From assembly GCF_001017655.1 (NCBI RefSeq), contig NZ_CP010904.1:630001-662000 (forward strand): a DNA stretch of 32,000 nucleotides, written 5' to 3'. The notes beneath the pieces are model-generated. The model had not been told where the DNA came from, ran no database searches, and worked only from the letters and a program-made list of their open reading frames with translations. A program made the position numbers and the translations under genes. Below, piece by piece: positions 1 to 9,521 of the stretch (the first letter of the stretch is position 1; each line of letters opens with the position of its first letter). The DNA comes from Kiritimatiella glycovorans (GTDB lineage: Bacteria; Verrucomicrobiota; Kiritimatiellia; Kiritimatiellales; Kiritimatiellaceae).

Positions 1-1
1 T

Positions 2-499
2 TTTCGCTACATGCTCTCGTTCGGATCGGAGACGACCTGGGAGACATGGGGCGAGGCGGTTTTGAACGCGACCCCTGAAGGTTCAGAGCATATCATCCGC
101 GCCAATCGTCCGCAGGAACACTGCCAGTGGACCGCCGTCGACACGTGGTTCTACGAATACGTGCTCGGCATCAGGCCGGATCCGGAGCAACCCGGCTACG
201 GTCATTTCACGCTCAAACCCTACATGGTCCGCCAGCTCGAATCCGCCCGGGGCTCGTATGAGTCCCCGCGCGGACGGATCGTCAGCGAGTGGTCCTGCAG
301 CAAAGGGGTGTTTGAGTGGACCGTCGAGGTACCCGCCAATGCTACGGCCACCCTCTACGCGCCCTGCGGCCGGGACGGCGTGAAGGTCGCCGAGGGCGAA
401 GCGGGAATTCTCGATCGCGAAAAACCCGCGAACGGGCGGCAGAGACTGGAGGTCGGCTCCGGGCGCTACCGCATCAGCGCAAGTCTGCCCGGGGCATGA
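2..499 (+). CDS. alpha-L-rhamnosidase (GH78), C-terminal fragment; the 5' end lies outside the window
   Basis: The frame is open from the window edge to the stop at 497-499. The translation (WFYEYVLGIRPDPEQPGYGHFTLKP...SPRGRIVSEW...VEVPANATATLYAP) matches the conserved C-terminal region of bacterial GH78 rhamnosidases from memory. Confidence 0.75.
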   Translation, partial: FRYMLSFGSETTWETWGEAVLNATPEGSEHIIRANRPQEHCQWTAVDTWFYEYVLGIRPDPEQPGYGHFTLKPYMVRQLESARGSYESPRGRIVSEWSCSKGVFEWTVEVPANATATLYAPCGRDGVKVAEGEAGILDREKPANGRQRLEVGSGRYRISASLPGA

Positions 500-681
500 T
501 CTCCGTGCGATACGTTTCGGAAAACTGCGCACCGCGCCCATGTTTCCTGGGCGAGAATCGCACGGTCAAGTGCGCCGACTTGACGGCGCTTATTCAACCA
601 GACAGGCAGGCGTTCCGCTTCTTCCACCCGGAACGCAAGGAAACAGCCGGGTCCGGCTTCAAAAGAGGGAGGGATTGACTG

Positions 682-1419
682 ATGAAACGGCTCTGTATGA
701 TCACGTGCATGATGGTGGTTTCGGCGGTGTCGGCGAGTGGGCCGGGGCCGGCGGGCAAACATCTTTTCATCCTCTCGGGTCAGTCAAACATGGCGAGACT
801 TGATCCCGCAAAATCCTTTACGCCCACCGTGGAGGCAGCGTTCGGGGCAGATCGCGTGATCGTGATCAAGGATGCCATGGGAGGGCAGCCCGTCCGTCGA
901 TGGTACCGGGATTGGGCGTCTGCCGACGGGGATTCTCCGGAAGAAAACGGCGACCTCTACGACCGCCTGATGTCGAAGGTCAGGCGGGCAATCGCCGGAG
1001 AGGAGATCATTTCGGTAACCCTGGTCTGGATGCAGGGCGAACGGGATGCGCGAGAGGCGTACGGGGATGTATACGAGGCGAGTCTGCGCGGTCTGATCGA
1101 GCAGTTCCGCGACGATTTGGGGAGAGAAGACATGAACGCGGTAATCGGACGTATTAATGATTTTGACCTTGAGAATCATCGCTATCCCCATTGGACCCTT
1201 GTGCGGTCCGCCCAGGTTGCGGTGGCGGAATCCGACTTGCGGGCGGCATGGGTGAATACGGACGATCTCAACAGCGGGATGAACCGGAAGGGCGAAGAGG
1301 TGTTCGACGATCTTCATCTGACCGTAAAGGGGTACGAAGAACTCGGTCGGCGTTTTGCGAAGGAGGCGATAGACCTGACTTCAACATTGCCCGAAAACGC
1401 GCTCGACCCCCCCCGGTGA
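682..1419 (+). CDS. secreted SASA/DUF303-type carbohydrate O-acetylesterase (sialate O-acetylesterase-like, SGNH fold)
   Basis: ATG follows the SD-like AGAGGGAGGG. There is an N-terminal signal peptide (MKRLCMITCMMVVSAVSASG). Family motifs are present: GQSNM (LFILSGQSNMA), WMQGERD and DDLHLT. Confidence 0.75.
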   Translation: MKRLCMITCMMVVSAVSASGPGPAGKHLFILSGQSNMARLDPAKSFTPTVEAAFGADRVIVIKDAMGGQPVRRWYRDWASADGDSPEENGDLYDRLMSKVRRAIAGEEIISVTLVWMQGERDAREAYGDVYEASLRGLIEQFRDDLGREDMNAVIGRINDFDLENHRYPHWTLVRSAQVAVAESDLRAAWVNTDDLNSGMNRKGEEVFDDLHLTVKGYEELGRRFAKEAIDLTSTLPENALDPPR

Positions 1420-1486
1420 ACATTGAAGTGAGTTTTGAATCCGGGTGTCCCGGCGGAAAAATAACCCAATAACCTCAAAAACACCG

Positions 1487-2944
1487 TTACTCCAAAGCGC
1501 GTACTCGCTTCAGATCGCGTTCCAACTCTCGTGCCTTTTCCGGAAATTCAGGAAAAAGGTTGTTCCGTTGCCCGCGGTCCTCGTGCAGATCGTAGAGTTG
1601 CGTCGGTGTATCCTCGTCGCCGTCGTACCGCTTTATTCCGTTGCCGGGGTGGCTGAGCAGCGACCATTTTCCGCGCCGCAGCGCGAACTTGCCTCGGACG
1701 GAGGTCATCACGATCGCCCGCTCATCGCTGTTCGCGAGCGTGCCTTCGACCAGGGCTTCTCGAACATCGATCCCGTCCGTGAACTGGTTCGTGCACTCGG
1801 CCCCGCCCAGTTTCGTAAAGGTCGGATAGAGATCGACCAGCGAGATGACCGCATCGGACGCGGTGTTGGTCGGAATCGTACCCGGCCAGGAGGCGATGAA
1901 CGGGACCTTGACCCCGCCGTCGTAGTCCGAGGCCTTGCGGCCGCGCAGTCCCGCGGTGCAGTCGTGGCCGGTGGGCAGGCGCGGCCTGCGCGGCCCGTTA
2001 TCGGAAGTGAAGACGATCAGCGTGTTCTCCCGAAGATCCAGCTCATCGATCCGGTCGACCACCCGCCCGACCGCCGCATCCAGCTCGTACATAAAATCGC
2101 CGTATGGGCCATGTTCCGTCTTTCCCCTGAAGTCAGCGGAAGGGCAGATCGGATAGTGGATCGCGTTCGGCGCCCAGTAGAGAAAGAACGGTGTCTCGCG
2201 GCCGCCCTTCGCGCGCCGGTCGAGGTACTCGAGCACAGCGTCGCTCTGGCGTGCGAGCACCGATTCGTCTGTATAGTCCGCGCTCATCATGCCCGGAGCC
2301 CCGGACAAACCCTTCAGCCGGAGTCCGGCGGGCTTTTCCGCGAAGCGGTCGTTCTCGATGAACATATACGGCGGGAAATTGATCACACCTTCGCCGTAGT
2401 AGTAGTCGAATCCGTGATCGACCGGACCGCTGCGCACTTCGCCCTTGTAGTCGATGCGTTTCGCCAGTTCGACGAATGCGTCGTAGGACGGCCTTTTGCT
2501 GAAATCCGTCCGCAGCGGTTCGCCGTCGACGGTCGGCCACGTCATGCCGAGGTGCCACTTCCCGATGCATGCCGTCGCGTATCCGGCCGTCTTCAGCCGT
2601 TCGGGCAGGGTGATCAGTTCCGGGGCGACGATCGGGTGTTCGTATTCCATAACCACACCATCCTTCAGCGGTCCGCGCCAGGGATACTGTCCGGTCAGGA
2701 TGCCGTAGCGGGTGGGGGTACATACGGCGGCCGGGGCGTAGGCCTGCATGAATCGTCGTCCCTCCCGCGACAGGCGATCCAGATGCGGGGTCGGAATCGA
2801 TGGGCCGGGGTTATAACAGTCGACGTTTCCGTAGCCGAGATCGTCGGCGAGGATAAGCAGGATGTTCGGGCGTTCCCGGCCGGCCGCACGGCCGAGGAGG
2901 GTGGTCATGCCGATCAGCAAGGTAGTCATCCAGAACTTTTTCAT
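1487..2944 (-). CDS. arylsulfatase (formylglycine-dependent sulfatase family)
   Basis: Signal peptide, ILLILADDLGYG metal-binding N-terminus and a CTPTR (C-x-P-x-R) formylglycine motif. Length 485 aa. Confidence 0.9.
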   Translation of the reverse strand: MKKFWMTTLLIGMTTLLGRAAGRERPNILLILADDLGYGNVDCYNPGPSIPTPHLDRLSREGRRFMQAYAPAAVCTPTRYGILTGQYPWRGPLKDGVVMEYEHPIVAPELITLPERLKTAGYATACIGKWHLGMTWPTVDGEPLRTDFSKRPSYDAFVELAKRIDYKGEVRSGPVDHGFDYYYGEGVINFPPYMFIENDRFAEKPAGLRLKGLSGAPGMMSADYTDESVLARQSDAVLEYLDRRAKGGRETPFFLYWAPNAIHYPICPSADFRGKTEHGPYGDFMYELDAAVGRVVDRIDELDLRENTLIVFTSDNGPRRPRLPTGHDCTAGLRGRKASDYDGGVKVPFIASWPGTIPTNTASDAVISLVDLYPTFTKLGGAECTNQFTDGIDVREALVEGTLANSDERAIVMTSVRGKFALRRGKWSLLSHPGNGIKRYDGDEDTPTQLYDLHEDRGQRNNLFPEFPEKARELERDLKRVRALE

Positions 2945-3139
2945 GGGCGTACTCCTTCACTCTTTCATTGGGAGGGTCATTCTCGGGAAAATTCGACGCC
3001 CTTCAATATTAAAGGGGGCGGGCGATGCTCCCGGCCGTCTCCACCCTGCTGTTTCCGATTGACGCCCCCGCGCTCCTTGCGCAGACTCTTTCGTCTTTTG
3101 AAGGATGCCTCAGGGATTGAGGGCCAAGAGGGGGCGGAT

Positions 3140-4714
3140 ATGGAAACACGGGCGTGGTTGAGCGGGAACGAGGCGGTGGCGGCCGGTGCGCTGGATGCGG
3201 GGGTGACGCTGGGGACGGGGTATCCCGGCACGCCGTCGAGTGAAATCCTCGAAGCACTCGCGGAGTTCGGCGGAACCGCGCAGTGGGCCCCGAACGAAAA
3301 GGTCGCCCTGGAAGTCGCACTGGGCGTCTCGACCGGCGGGGCGCGGGGACTGGCCACCATGAAGCACGTGGGGCTGAACGTGGCCGCCGATCCGCTGTTT
3401 TCGGCCACGCACATCGGCGCGACCGGCGGGCTCGTCCTGGCCGTGGCCGACGATCCGGGCATGGCTTCCTCGCAGAACGAGCAGGACACGCGCCGCTACG
3501 CCGTCGCCGCCGGCGCGCCCGTCTTCGAGCCCTCGGATTCGCAGGAGGCGTACGCGATGACCCGCGCCGCCTTCGCCCTCTCCGAGAAGTGGCGGCTGCC
3601 CTTCATCATCCGCCTCACCACGCGGATCTGCCACTCGCGGACCCTCGTCGAACGGGACGAGCCGGAACGCGCGCCGCTGCTGGGATACGAGCGCCAGATC
3701 AATGAACGGGTCATGGTCCCCGCCTACGCGAGGCCGGCGCACAAGCGGTTGCGGTCCAAACTCCAGTCCGTGGCCGAATGGAACAATCTTCACGGCATGC
3801 ACCGGTACTGGAAAGGCACCGGTTCCCTCGGCGTGATCACTTCGGGCGTGGCGACGATGCACGTGCGCGAGGCGGCGCCCGAGGCGTCGATCCTGCAGAT
3901 CGGAATGACGCATCCGCTGCCGATGCGGCGGATCATGGCGTTCCTCGACGGGGTGGAGGAGTGCGTAGTGATCGAGGAGGGCGACCCGGTTCTGTTCGAA
4001 GCCCTGCGCGCGGCGGGCCGGCCGGTCCGCGGCCGGCCGGATGTGTTCCGCTTCGGAGAACTGAACGTGGACCGGGTGCGGCGGATCATCGACGGCGAGA
4101 CGCAGGAGCCGCCCGCGGAAACCGGCGGAAAACCGCCGCAGCTCTGCCCGGGATGCCCGCACCGGGCCGTGTTCCAGGTGTTGAGCGAGAAAGCGTGTTT
4201 CGTGACCGGCGATATCGGATGCTATTCGCTGGGGGTGCTTCCCCCGTACGAGGCGATGGACACCTGCGCCTGCATGGGCGCGAGTATCGGGATGGGACTC
4301 GGCATGCGCCGGGCGCTTCCGGACGAGGACGCGCGCCGCGTGGTCAGCGTCATCGGCGACAGCACCTTCGTCCACAGCGGTCTCACCGGTATCGTGGACA
4401 TGGTCTACAACCGCCCGCGCACCGGTCACGTCGTGCTGATTCTCGACAACGCCACCACGGCGATGACGGGTCTGCAGGAGCATCCCGGTACCGGCCGGGC
4501 GCTCGACGGCACCCCCGCGCCGAAACTCGAACTCGAACGGGTCGTCGAGGCGATGGGCGTCGACCGCGTCGTGATCCTCAACCCCTCGAAAGAGACCGAC
4601 CGGCTCCGCGATGAACTCACGCGGGCACTGGCGTCGAACGAGCTGACGGTGATCATCACCCGCCAGCCGTGCGTCCTGGCGATGAAACGGGACCGGAAGA
4701 AGGAAAGCGGTTAG
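3140..4714 (+). CDS. iorA: indolepyruvate:ferredoxin oxidoreductase, alpha subunit
   Basis: The true start is METRAWLSGNEAVAAGALDAGV...GYPGTPSSEILE at ATG 3140, in frame with the artefactual 1445..4714 ORF. TPP-domain motifs CPGCPH and GDIGCY and the GDSTFVHSG Mg-TPP motif are present. Confidence 0.85.
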   Translation: METRAWLSGNEAVAAGALDAGVTLGTGYPGTPSSEILEALAEFGGTAQWAPNEKVALEVALGVSTGGARGLATMKHVGLNVAADPLFSATHIGATGGLVLAVADDPGMASSQNEQDTRRYAVAAGAPVFEPSDSQEAYAMTRAAFALSEKWRLPFIIRLTTRICHSRTLVERDEPERAPLLGYERQINERVMVPAYARPAHKRLRSKLQSVAEWNNLHGMHRYWKGTGSLGVITSGVATMHVREAAPEASILQIGMTHPLPMRRIMAFLDGVEECVVIEEGDPVLFEALRAAGRPVRGRPDVFRFGELNVDRVRRIIDGETQEPPAETGGKPPQLCPGCPHRAVFQVLSEKACFVTGDIGCYSLGVLPPYEAMDTCACMGASIGMGLGMRRALPDEDARRVVSVIGDSTFVHSGLTGIVDMVYNRPRTGHVVLILDNATTAMTGLQEHPGTGRALDGTPAPKLELERVVEAMGVDRVVILNPSKETDRLRDELTRALASNELTVIITRQPCVLAMKRDRKKESG

Positions 4715-4718
4715 ACGA

Positions 4719-5201
4719 ATGACAGCAGCAGCGATCACGAATATCAAAGTCGCCGGCCTCGGAGGGCAGGGCGTGCTGACGGCCACGGACCTGATCGGGG
4801 AGGTGGCCTTCCGCGCCGGACGGGACGTGAAGAAGGCGGAGGTCCACGGCATGAGCCAGCGCGGGGGATCGATCGAGAGCGACGTGCGGTTCGGGCCGGC
4901 CGTGCTCAGCCCGATGATCCCCGAAGGCACCGTGGATTACGGCCTCGTATTCGATCCGGGGCGCGTGGAATACATGAAAAAGCGTCTGCGCGACGAGGGG
5001 GTTCTGATCGGACCGGATGCCGTGGACGTCGGGCGGCTGGCCGACCGGAGGAGTTTCAACGTGGCGATGCTCGGCGTGCTCAGCACCCATCTTCCGTTCG
5101 AATGCGAGTTCTGGCTGCGGGTGCTCCGGGAACGGCTGCCCTCACGGCTCGTCGAAGCCAATGAACAAGCCTTCAGCCTGGGCCGCTCGGCGAAAGGGTA
5201 G
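4719..5201 (+). CDS. iorB: indolepyruvate:ferredoxin oxidoreductase, beta subunit
   Basis: 4-nt gap after iorA. VAGLGGQGVLTATDLIGEVAFRAGRDVKKAEVHGMSQRGGSIESDVRFG is typical of IorB and the 2-oxoacid oxidoreductase gamma domain. Confidence 0.85.
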   Translation: MTAAAITNIKVAGLGGQGVLTATDLIGEVAFRAGRDVKKAEVHGMSQRGGSIESDVRFGPAVLSPMIPEGTVDYGLVFDPGRVEYMKKRLRDEGVLIGPDAVDVGRLADRRSFNVAMLGVLSTHLPFECEFWLRVLRERLPSRLVEANEQAFSLGRSAKG

Positions 5202-5270
5202 GAGTGGAGCGGACCGCCGTCAGCCGCTCGGGGAAGCAACGGCGCCGGATTCCTGTTTGGTTCCGCCGCG

Positions 5271-5276
5271 TATAAT
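5271..5276 (+). promoter_or_regulatory. possible -10 box (TATAAT) upstream of paaK
   Basis: A perfect TATAAT hexamer lies 59 nt upstream of the paaK ATG. No convincing -35 was found. Confidence 0.2.
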
Positions 5277-5334
5277 TTTGTAGAACGTGACTCTGTATCT
5301 TTTGCGGCAGCCTGCAAACAGGAGAGAAGAGACC

Positions 5335-6672
5335 ATGCATACGCCGGAGCTCTGGAACGACATGAACGGCGCCTTTCATCCGGCGTCCGCGCCGGATTAC
5401 CTCCCGCCATCCCGTCTGCGCGCCCTCCAGCTTCAGCGGCTCCGGGCGACCGTCGAGCGGGCCTGCGAAAAGGTGGAACTCTACCGCGGGCGATGTGCGG
5501 ACGCCGGGGTCCGGCCCCGTGATATCGGTTCGCTCGAGGACGCCGGGTGCCTGCCGTTCACGGAGAAGACCGACCTGCGCGACACCTATCCCTACGGTAT
5601 GTTCGCCAGCGGTCTCCACGACATCGTACGCCTGCACGCTTCCAGCGGGACCACCGGCAAGCCGATCGTGGTGGCCTATACCGATCAGGACCTCGAGGTC
5701 TGGCGCAACGTAATGGTGCGCACGTTCGCCGCGGCGGGGCTGCACCGCGGCGATATCATCCAGAACGCCTACGGCTACGGGCTCTTCACCGGCGGACTCG
5801 GCGCCCATTACGGCGCGGAGGCGCTGGGCGCGGCGGTGATTCCCATTTCCGGAGGCAACACCGAGCGACAGGTGATGGTCCTGCGCGATTTCGGGGTGAC
5901 GGCGATATGCTGCACGCCGAGCTATTTCCTGCACCTGATCGAGCGCGCCGAGGCGATGGGGCTGGACTGGTCGGAACTGCCTCTGCGCGCGGGGATCTTC
6001 GGCGCCGAACCCTGGACGGAAGGTATGCGTGCGCGGATCGAGGCGCGGACGGGGATCCGCGCGTATGATATCTACGGCCTGTCCGAGATTATCGGGCCCG
6101 GCGTGGGTACGGAGTGCGAGGCCCAGGCGGGCCTCCATATATTTGAGGACCATTTTCTGGTGGAGATCGTCGATCCGGAGACCGGAGAACCGATGCCGGA
6201 CGGCGAAGAGGGCGAGCTGGTGCTCACCACGTTGAGCAAACAGGCGATGCCCGTAATCCGCTACCGCACACACGACATCACGCGCATTATCGCCGAGCCG
6301 TGTCCGTGCGGACGCACGCTGCGCCGGATCGAGCGGATCGCGAGGCGGAGCGACGACATGATCATCGTCCGCGGCGTGAACGTCTTCCCCTCACAGATCG
6401 AGGCCGCCCTGCTTAAGGTCGAAGAGACGCTGCCGCACTACCGCATCGTGCTCACCCGCGAAGAGGGACTCGACCGCATGCAGGTGCAGGTGGAGGTCAC
6501 GGAATCGGTTTTCAGCGACCGGGTCCGCGAGATGGAGGAACTCCGCCAGCGGCTCGCGCACGCCGTCGAAGAAACCGTCGGTCTGCGGGTCGACCTGCGT
6601 CTCGCCGAGCCGCATACGCTCGAACGCAGCGCGGGCAAGGCGAGACGCGTCGACGACCGGCGCGGGGCCTGA
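5335..6672 (+). CDS. paaK: phenylacetate-CoA ligase
   Basis: ATG 5335 is preceded by [33 protein letters not shown] and the YGLSE adenylate-forming motifs are present. The GTG at 5287 is probably too far upstream. Confidence 0.85.
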   Translation: MHTPELWNDMNGAFHPASAPDYLPPSRLRALQLQRLRATVERACEKVELYRGRCADAGVRPRDIGSLEDAGCLPFTEKTDLRDTYPYGMFASGLHDIVRLHASSGTTGKPIVVAYTDQDLEVWRNVMVRTFAAAGLHRGDIIQNAYGYGLFTGGLGAHYGAEALGAAVIPISGGNTERQVMVLRDFGVTAICCTPSYFLHLIERAEAMGLDWSELPLRAGIFGAEPWTEGMRARIEARTGIRAYDIYGLSEIIGPGVGTECEAQAGLHIFEDHFLVEIVDPETGEPMPDGEEGELVLTTLSKQAMPVIRYRTHDITRIIAEPCPCGRTLRRIERIARRSDDMIIVRGVNVFPSQIEAALLKVEETLPHYRIVLTREEGLDRMQVQVEVTESVFSDRVREMEELRQRLAHAVEETVGLRVDLRLAEPHTLERSAGKARRVDDRRGA

Positions 6673-6755
6673 AGGACTAAACTATCGCCGGATATGCCCG
6701 CGACGTGCACAATGGCGAACATGCGATTTGCGTATTCACGTATGAAGGGGAGGCG

Positions 6756-7271
6756 ATGATGGAGACGCTTGAAGCAGTCATGACCCGCCGCAGCGTCCGG
6801 CGGTTTGAACCGCGGGCCGTGCCGGACGAACTACTCACGAAACTCCTGTCCGCGGCGATGAACGCGCCGTCGGCGGCCGATGCCAGGCCCTGGCAGTTCT
6901 CCGTTATCGACGACCGCGCGAAGCTCGATGCGCTCGCGGATGCGGTGGACGAGGGGAACGACCTCTTTCGCGAGGCGCAGGCGGCGATACTGATCTGCGG
7001 CGACGAGAGCCGGGAGCAGATCCCGGGGTTCTGGCCGCAGGACTGCGCCTGTGCGGCCCAGAATCTTCAGCTCGCAGCGCACGATCAGGGGCTCGGCACG
7101 GTCTGGATCGCGCTCATCGCGATACCCCCGCGCGTCGAAGGCTGCCGCCGCGTGCTGAACGTGCCCGGGACGCTGGAGCCGTTCGCGCTCTTCCCGCTGG
7201 GCTACCCCGCGGAGCGTCCGGAACCGGAGAACCGCTTCGACGCCGACCGCGTCGTTCGCAACGGGTGGTGA
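6756..7271 (+). CDS. nitroreductase family protein
   Basis: ATG 6756 follows GAAGGGGAGG. The N-terminus LEAVMTRRSVRRF and the PSAADARPWQF motif are typical of the nitroreductase fold. Confidence 0.75.
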   Translation: MMETLEAVMTRRSVRRFEPRAVPDELLTKLLSAAMNAPSAADARPWQFSVIDDRAKLDALADAVDEGNDLFREAQAAILICGDESREQIPGFWPQDCACAAQNLQLAAHDQGLGTVWIALIAIPPRVEGCRRVLNVPGTLEPFALFPLGYPAERPEPENRFDADRVVRNGW

Positions 7272-7275
7272 ATGG

Positions 7276-7977
7276 ATGTCTGAAGAGCAATACACGATAC
7301 AATGTCCGGAATGCGGTCACGAATGGCAGACCGAAGTCCGGGATCTCGCCGAAGCGGATCGGGACCCCGATGTCCGCGAGCAGATCCTCGCCAACCGGTT
7401 CAACTTCGCCGAATGCCCCTCGTGCAGCTACGGTTTCCGCATCGACCGCCCGGTGCTCTACCTCGATCGCCCCCGCGCGATCGTGGTCCACTGGATCCCC
7501 CTGCACGGGCAGGATCTCAACGAACTGGAGCGGCAGTACGAGCAGTCGCTGGAGAAATCGGATCAGGCCGCGCAGCCTCACGAACGCCCGCCGCGCCCGC
7601 AGCTCGTCCTTTCGCGCAACGAGCTGATCGAGCGGGTGTTCCTGCTGGAGGAGGGCTACGACGAACGCGTTGTGGAGTACCTCAAGTACCTGATCTACAC
7701 GAAGAACATCTCGCGCATGCCCCCCGACCGTAAAGAACTGCTCTTTGATGTCCATGACTCTACCGAAGAAGAGCTGCTCTTCGTGGTCCGCGACCTCGAG
7801 TCGTCGCAGTTTGAGGAACTCGTCCGGTATTCGCGGTCGGCGTACGACGAAGAGCGCGAGCGTTTTGAGCAGGACGACACCGAGCTGCGCCGCCTGTTCC
7901 CCGGGGCCTACAAGAAGGCCCGCTTCGCGGTGCTGCAGGAAACCGGACGCGGGGATGAGCCGGTCGACGGGGAGTAG
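7276..7977 (+). CDS. CpXC-domain protein (function unknown)
   Basis: 4-nt gap after the nitroreductase gene. Two CPxC motifs (QCPECGHEW and ECPSCSYGF) are arranged as in the CpXC family, followed by an acidic C-terminal half. Confidence 0.6.
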   Translation: MSEEQYTIQCPECGHEWQTEVRDLAEADRDPDVREQILANRFNFAECPSCSYGFRIDRPVLYLDRPRAIVVHWIPLHGQDLNELERQYEQSLEKSDQAAQPHERPPRPQLVLSRNELIERVFLLEEGYDERVVEYLKYLIYTKNISRMPPDRKELLFDVHDSTEEELLFVVRDLESSQFEELVRYSRSAYDEERERFEQDDTELRRLFPGAYKKARFAVLQETGRGDEPVDGE

Positions 7978-7997
7978 GCGGGGATCGGTTGGCTCCG

Positions 7998-8669
7998 CTA
8001 ATCGTCCAGCCGCATCAGTTCCGCTTCGGCGCGGGCGCCCCAGTCGGCCTCGAAGTCCGGGTGGTCCCTGAGTTTCCGGTAGGCGTCGCGGGCCTGATCG
8101 AGCCGCCCGAGTTCCTCGAAACACCGGCCGCGGCCCAGCAGACAGAGCGGCGCGATATAGTGTTCGGGGAAGCGGTCCGCGAGCTGCCCGTAGCGTTCGG
8201 CCGCCGCCTCGTAGTCCCCGTCGGCCTCCATGCAGTGCGCCAGCCCCATCTCGCCGACCGGCGCGAGTTCGTGGTCGGGATGCTTCTCCAGGAAGCGGTT
8301 GTACCACTCGCGGGCCTGATCGACGGACCCGTTATTGTAGTGCTCGCGTGCGATGGCCAGTCCGGCGAGCGGCGCCGCGCCCGTGTCGGGGTAATCCTCC
8401 GCCACGCGCTGCCAGTCCTGAATCCCGGTCCCGTTCACCAGCGTCGTTTGGGCTGCGCGTTCCATCTTCCGGGCGCGAACGCGGAAGAACTGAAAAGCCA
8501 TGAAGGCGATGGCCAGCGCGGCGGCCACCGCGGTGATGGTGCGCCCGTAGCGTTTCAGGAAGTTGAGCACTTCCTGCACTTCGTGCTGCTCGAGTTCGTG
8601 CTGGGCGTTGACTTCCTGGTGGTGCTGCCTCTGCTGATCTTCCTCGGGCGTGGGGCGGTGCTTGCTCAT
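7998..8669 (-). CDS. membrane-anchored TPR-like protein (YfgM-like architecture)
   Basis: Charged N-terminus, a single TM helix (ITAVAAALAIAFMAFQFF), then TPR-like helical repeats. It lies 12 nt downstream of aroK on the same strand. Confidence 0.6.
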   Translation of the reverse strand: MSKHRPTPEEDQQRQHHQEVNAQHELEQHEVQEVLNFLKRYGRTITAVAAALAIAFMAFQFFRVRARKMERAAQTTLVNGTGIQDWQRVAEDYPDTGAAPLAGLAIAREHYNNGSVDQAREWYNRFLEKHPDHELAPVGEMGLAHCMEADGDYEAAAERYGQLADRFPEHYIAPLCLLGRGRCFEELGRLDQARDAYRKLRDHPDFEADWGARAEAELMRLDD

Positions 8670-8681
8670 CGTCTTCTCCCG

Positions 8682-9227
8682 TCATGCGTTCGCGCCCCGG
8701 GACGCGTCCCGGTAGCGCTCGAGTATCCGTCCGGCCACTTCTTCCGGCGACCGGTTCGTGGTATCGATCCGGAACGGTACGGCGTCGTAGAAGGGCGCGC
8801 GTTCCCTGAGCCGGGTCTCAATCTGCCTGCGCTTATCGCCGGAAAGAAGCGGACGGTGTTCCTCCGCCTGCACGCGCCTCAGAATTTCGTCGGCATCGGC
8901 CTGCAGACACACCACGAGTCCGCTTGCGGAGAAATCGCGCATGTTTTCCTCGTCCAGCACCACGCCGCCGCCGGCGGAGATAAGCTGTCCCCCGCGCCGG
9001 GAGAGCTCGCGTACCAGCTCGCGTTCCATGGCGCGGAATGCCGGTTCTCCGTCCTCGGCGAAGATCGCGGTGATTGGTTTGCCCGCGCGGTGCTCGATCA
9101 TCTCGTCCATGTCCATCAGCGGCCGATCCAGCCGCGCGGCGAGGATGCGCCCGACCGTGCTCTTGCCGGTTCCCATGAACCCGACCAGCACGAGGTTCCG
9201 ATCTTCACCGGAAAGGGTCGTCGGCAT
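8682..9227 (-). CDS. aroK: shikimate kinase
   Basis: Walker A GFMGTGKSTVG plus LDRPLMDMDEMIE and GEPAFRAMERE, which are typical of AroK. Length 181 aa. Confidence 0.9.
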   Translation of the reverse strand: MPTTLSGEDRNLVLVGFMGTGKSTVGRILAARLDRPLMDMDEMIEHRAGKPITAIFAEDGEPAFRAMERELVRELSRRGGQLISAGGGVVLDEENMRDFSASGLVVCLQADADEILRRVQAEEHRPLLSGDKRRQIETRLRERAPFYDAVPFRIDTTNRSPEEVAGRILERYRDASRGANA

Positions 9228-9231
9228 GGCG

Positions 9232-9435
9232 TCAGGAGCCGGCCTGTTTTTCCACTTCGGCAGGACGGCGCAGCCGTTCGCGGATTTCCGCGTTGTTGAG
9301 ACGGGCGACGTCCTCTTCGCTCATCCCTAGTTCCACCAGGCGTCTGCGCTGGTCCTTGAGACGGCGCCGACGTTCGCGAGCCGACTTGATCGGCCGGCGC
9401 ATCGGCTTCTTGCGCATCTTCCTTCTGACCTTCAT
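9232..9435 (-). CDS. small, highly basic hypothetical protein (67 aa)
   Basis: The ATG at 9435 (minus strand) is preceded by GAAGGAG. The stop lies 4 nt before the aroK ATG. Sequence MKVRRKMRKKPMRRPIKSARERRRRLKDQRRRL.... No family recognised. Confidence 0.45.
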   Translation of the reverse strand: MKVRRKMRKKPMRRPIKSARERRRRLKDQRRRLVELGMSEEDVARLNNAEIRERLRRPAEVEKQAGS

Positions 9436-9521
9436 GATAGCTCCTTCTTCAAATGGTCTGCGATACGGAGGCGATACCGTATCGGCGGCCGGGACGGGAA
9501 TCAATCTTTAGGTGAAGAAAG

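Noticed and set aside
565-584. Inverted repeat GTCAAG-N8-CTTGAC upstream of the esterase gene, as a possible operator.
   Set aside because: It has only 6-bp arms that do not extend, which is plausible by chance in 32 kb, and there is no supporting regulator gene nearby.
1445-3139. The 5' 565 codons of the giant track ORF 1445..4714 (+).
   Set aside because: This part is antisense to the well-supported sulfatase gene and the translation is Arg/Ala/Pro/Gly-rich with no motifs. The real gene (iorA) starts at ATG 3140. Long stop-free antisense frames are expected in high-GC DNA.
3110-4930. 606-aa minus-strand ORF.
   Set aside because: It is antisense to iorA/iorB. The composition is low-complexity Arg/Pro/Gly-rich with no recognisable domain.
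5173-6273. 366-aa minus-strand ORF.
   Set aside because: It is antisense to paaK and the translation has no motifs.
7114-9299. ORFs 7114..8307 (-) and 7989..9299 (+).
   Set aside because: They are antisense to the CpXC/nitroreductase and TPR/aroK genes respectively. The opposite-strand calls have clear family motifs and SD-start contexts.
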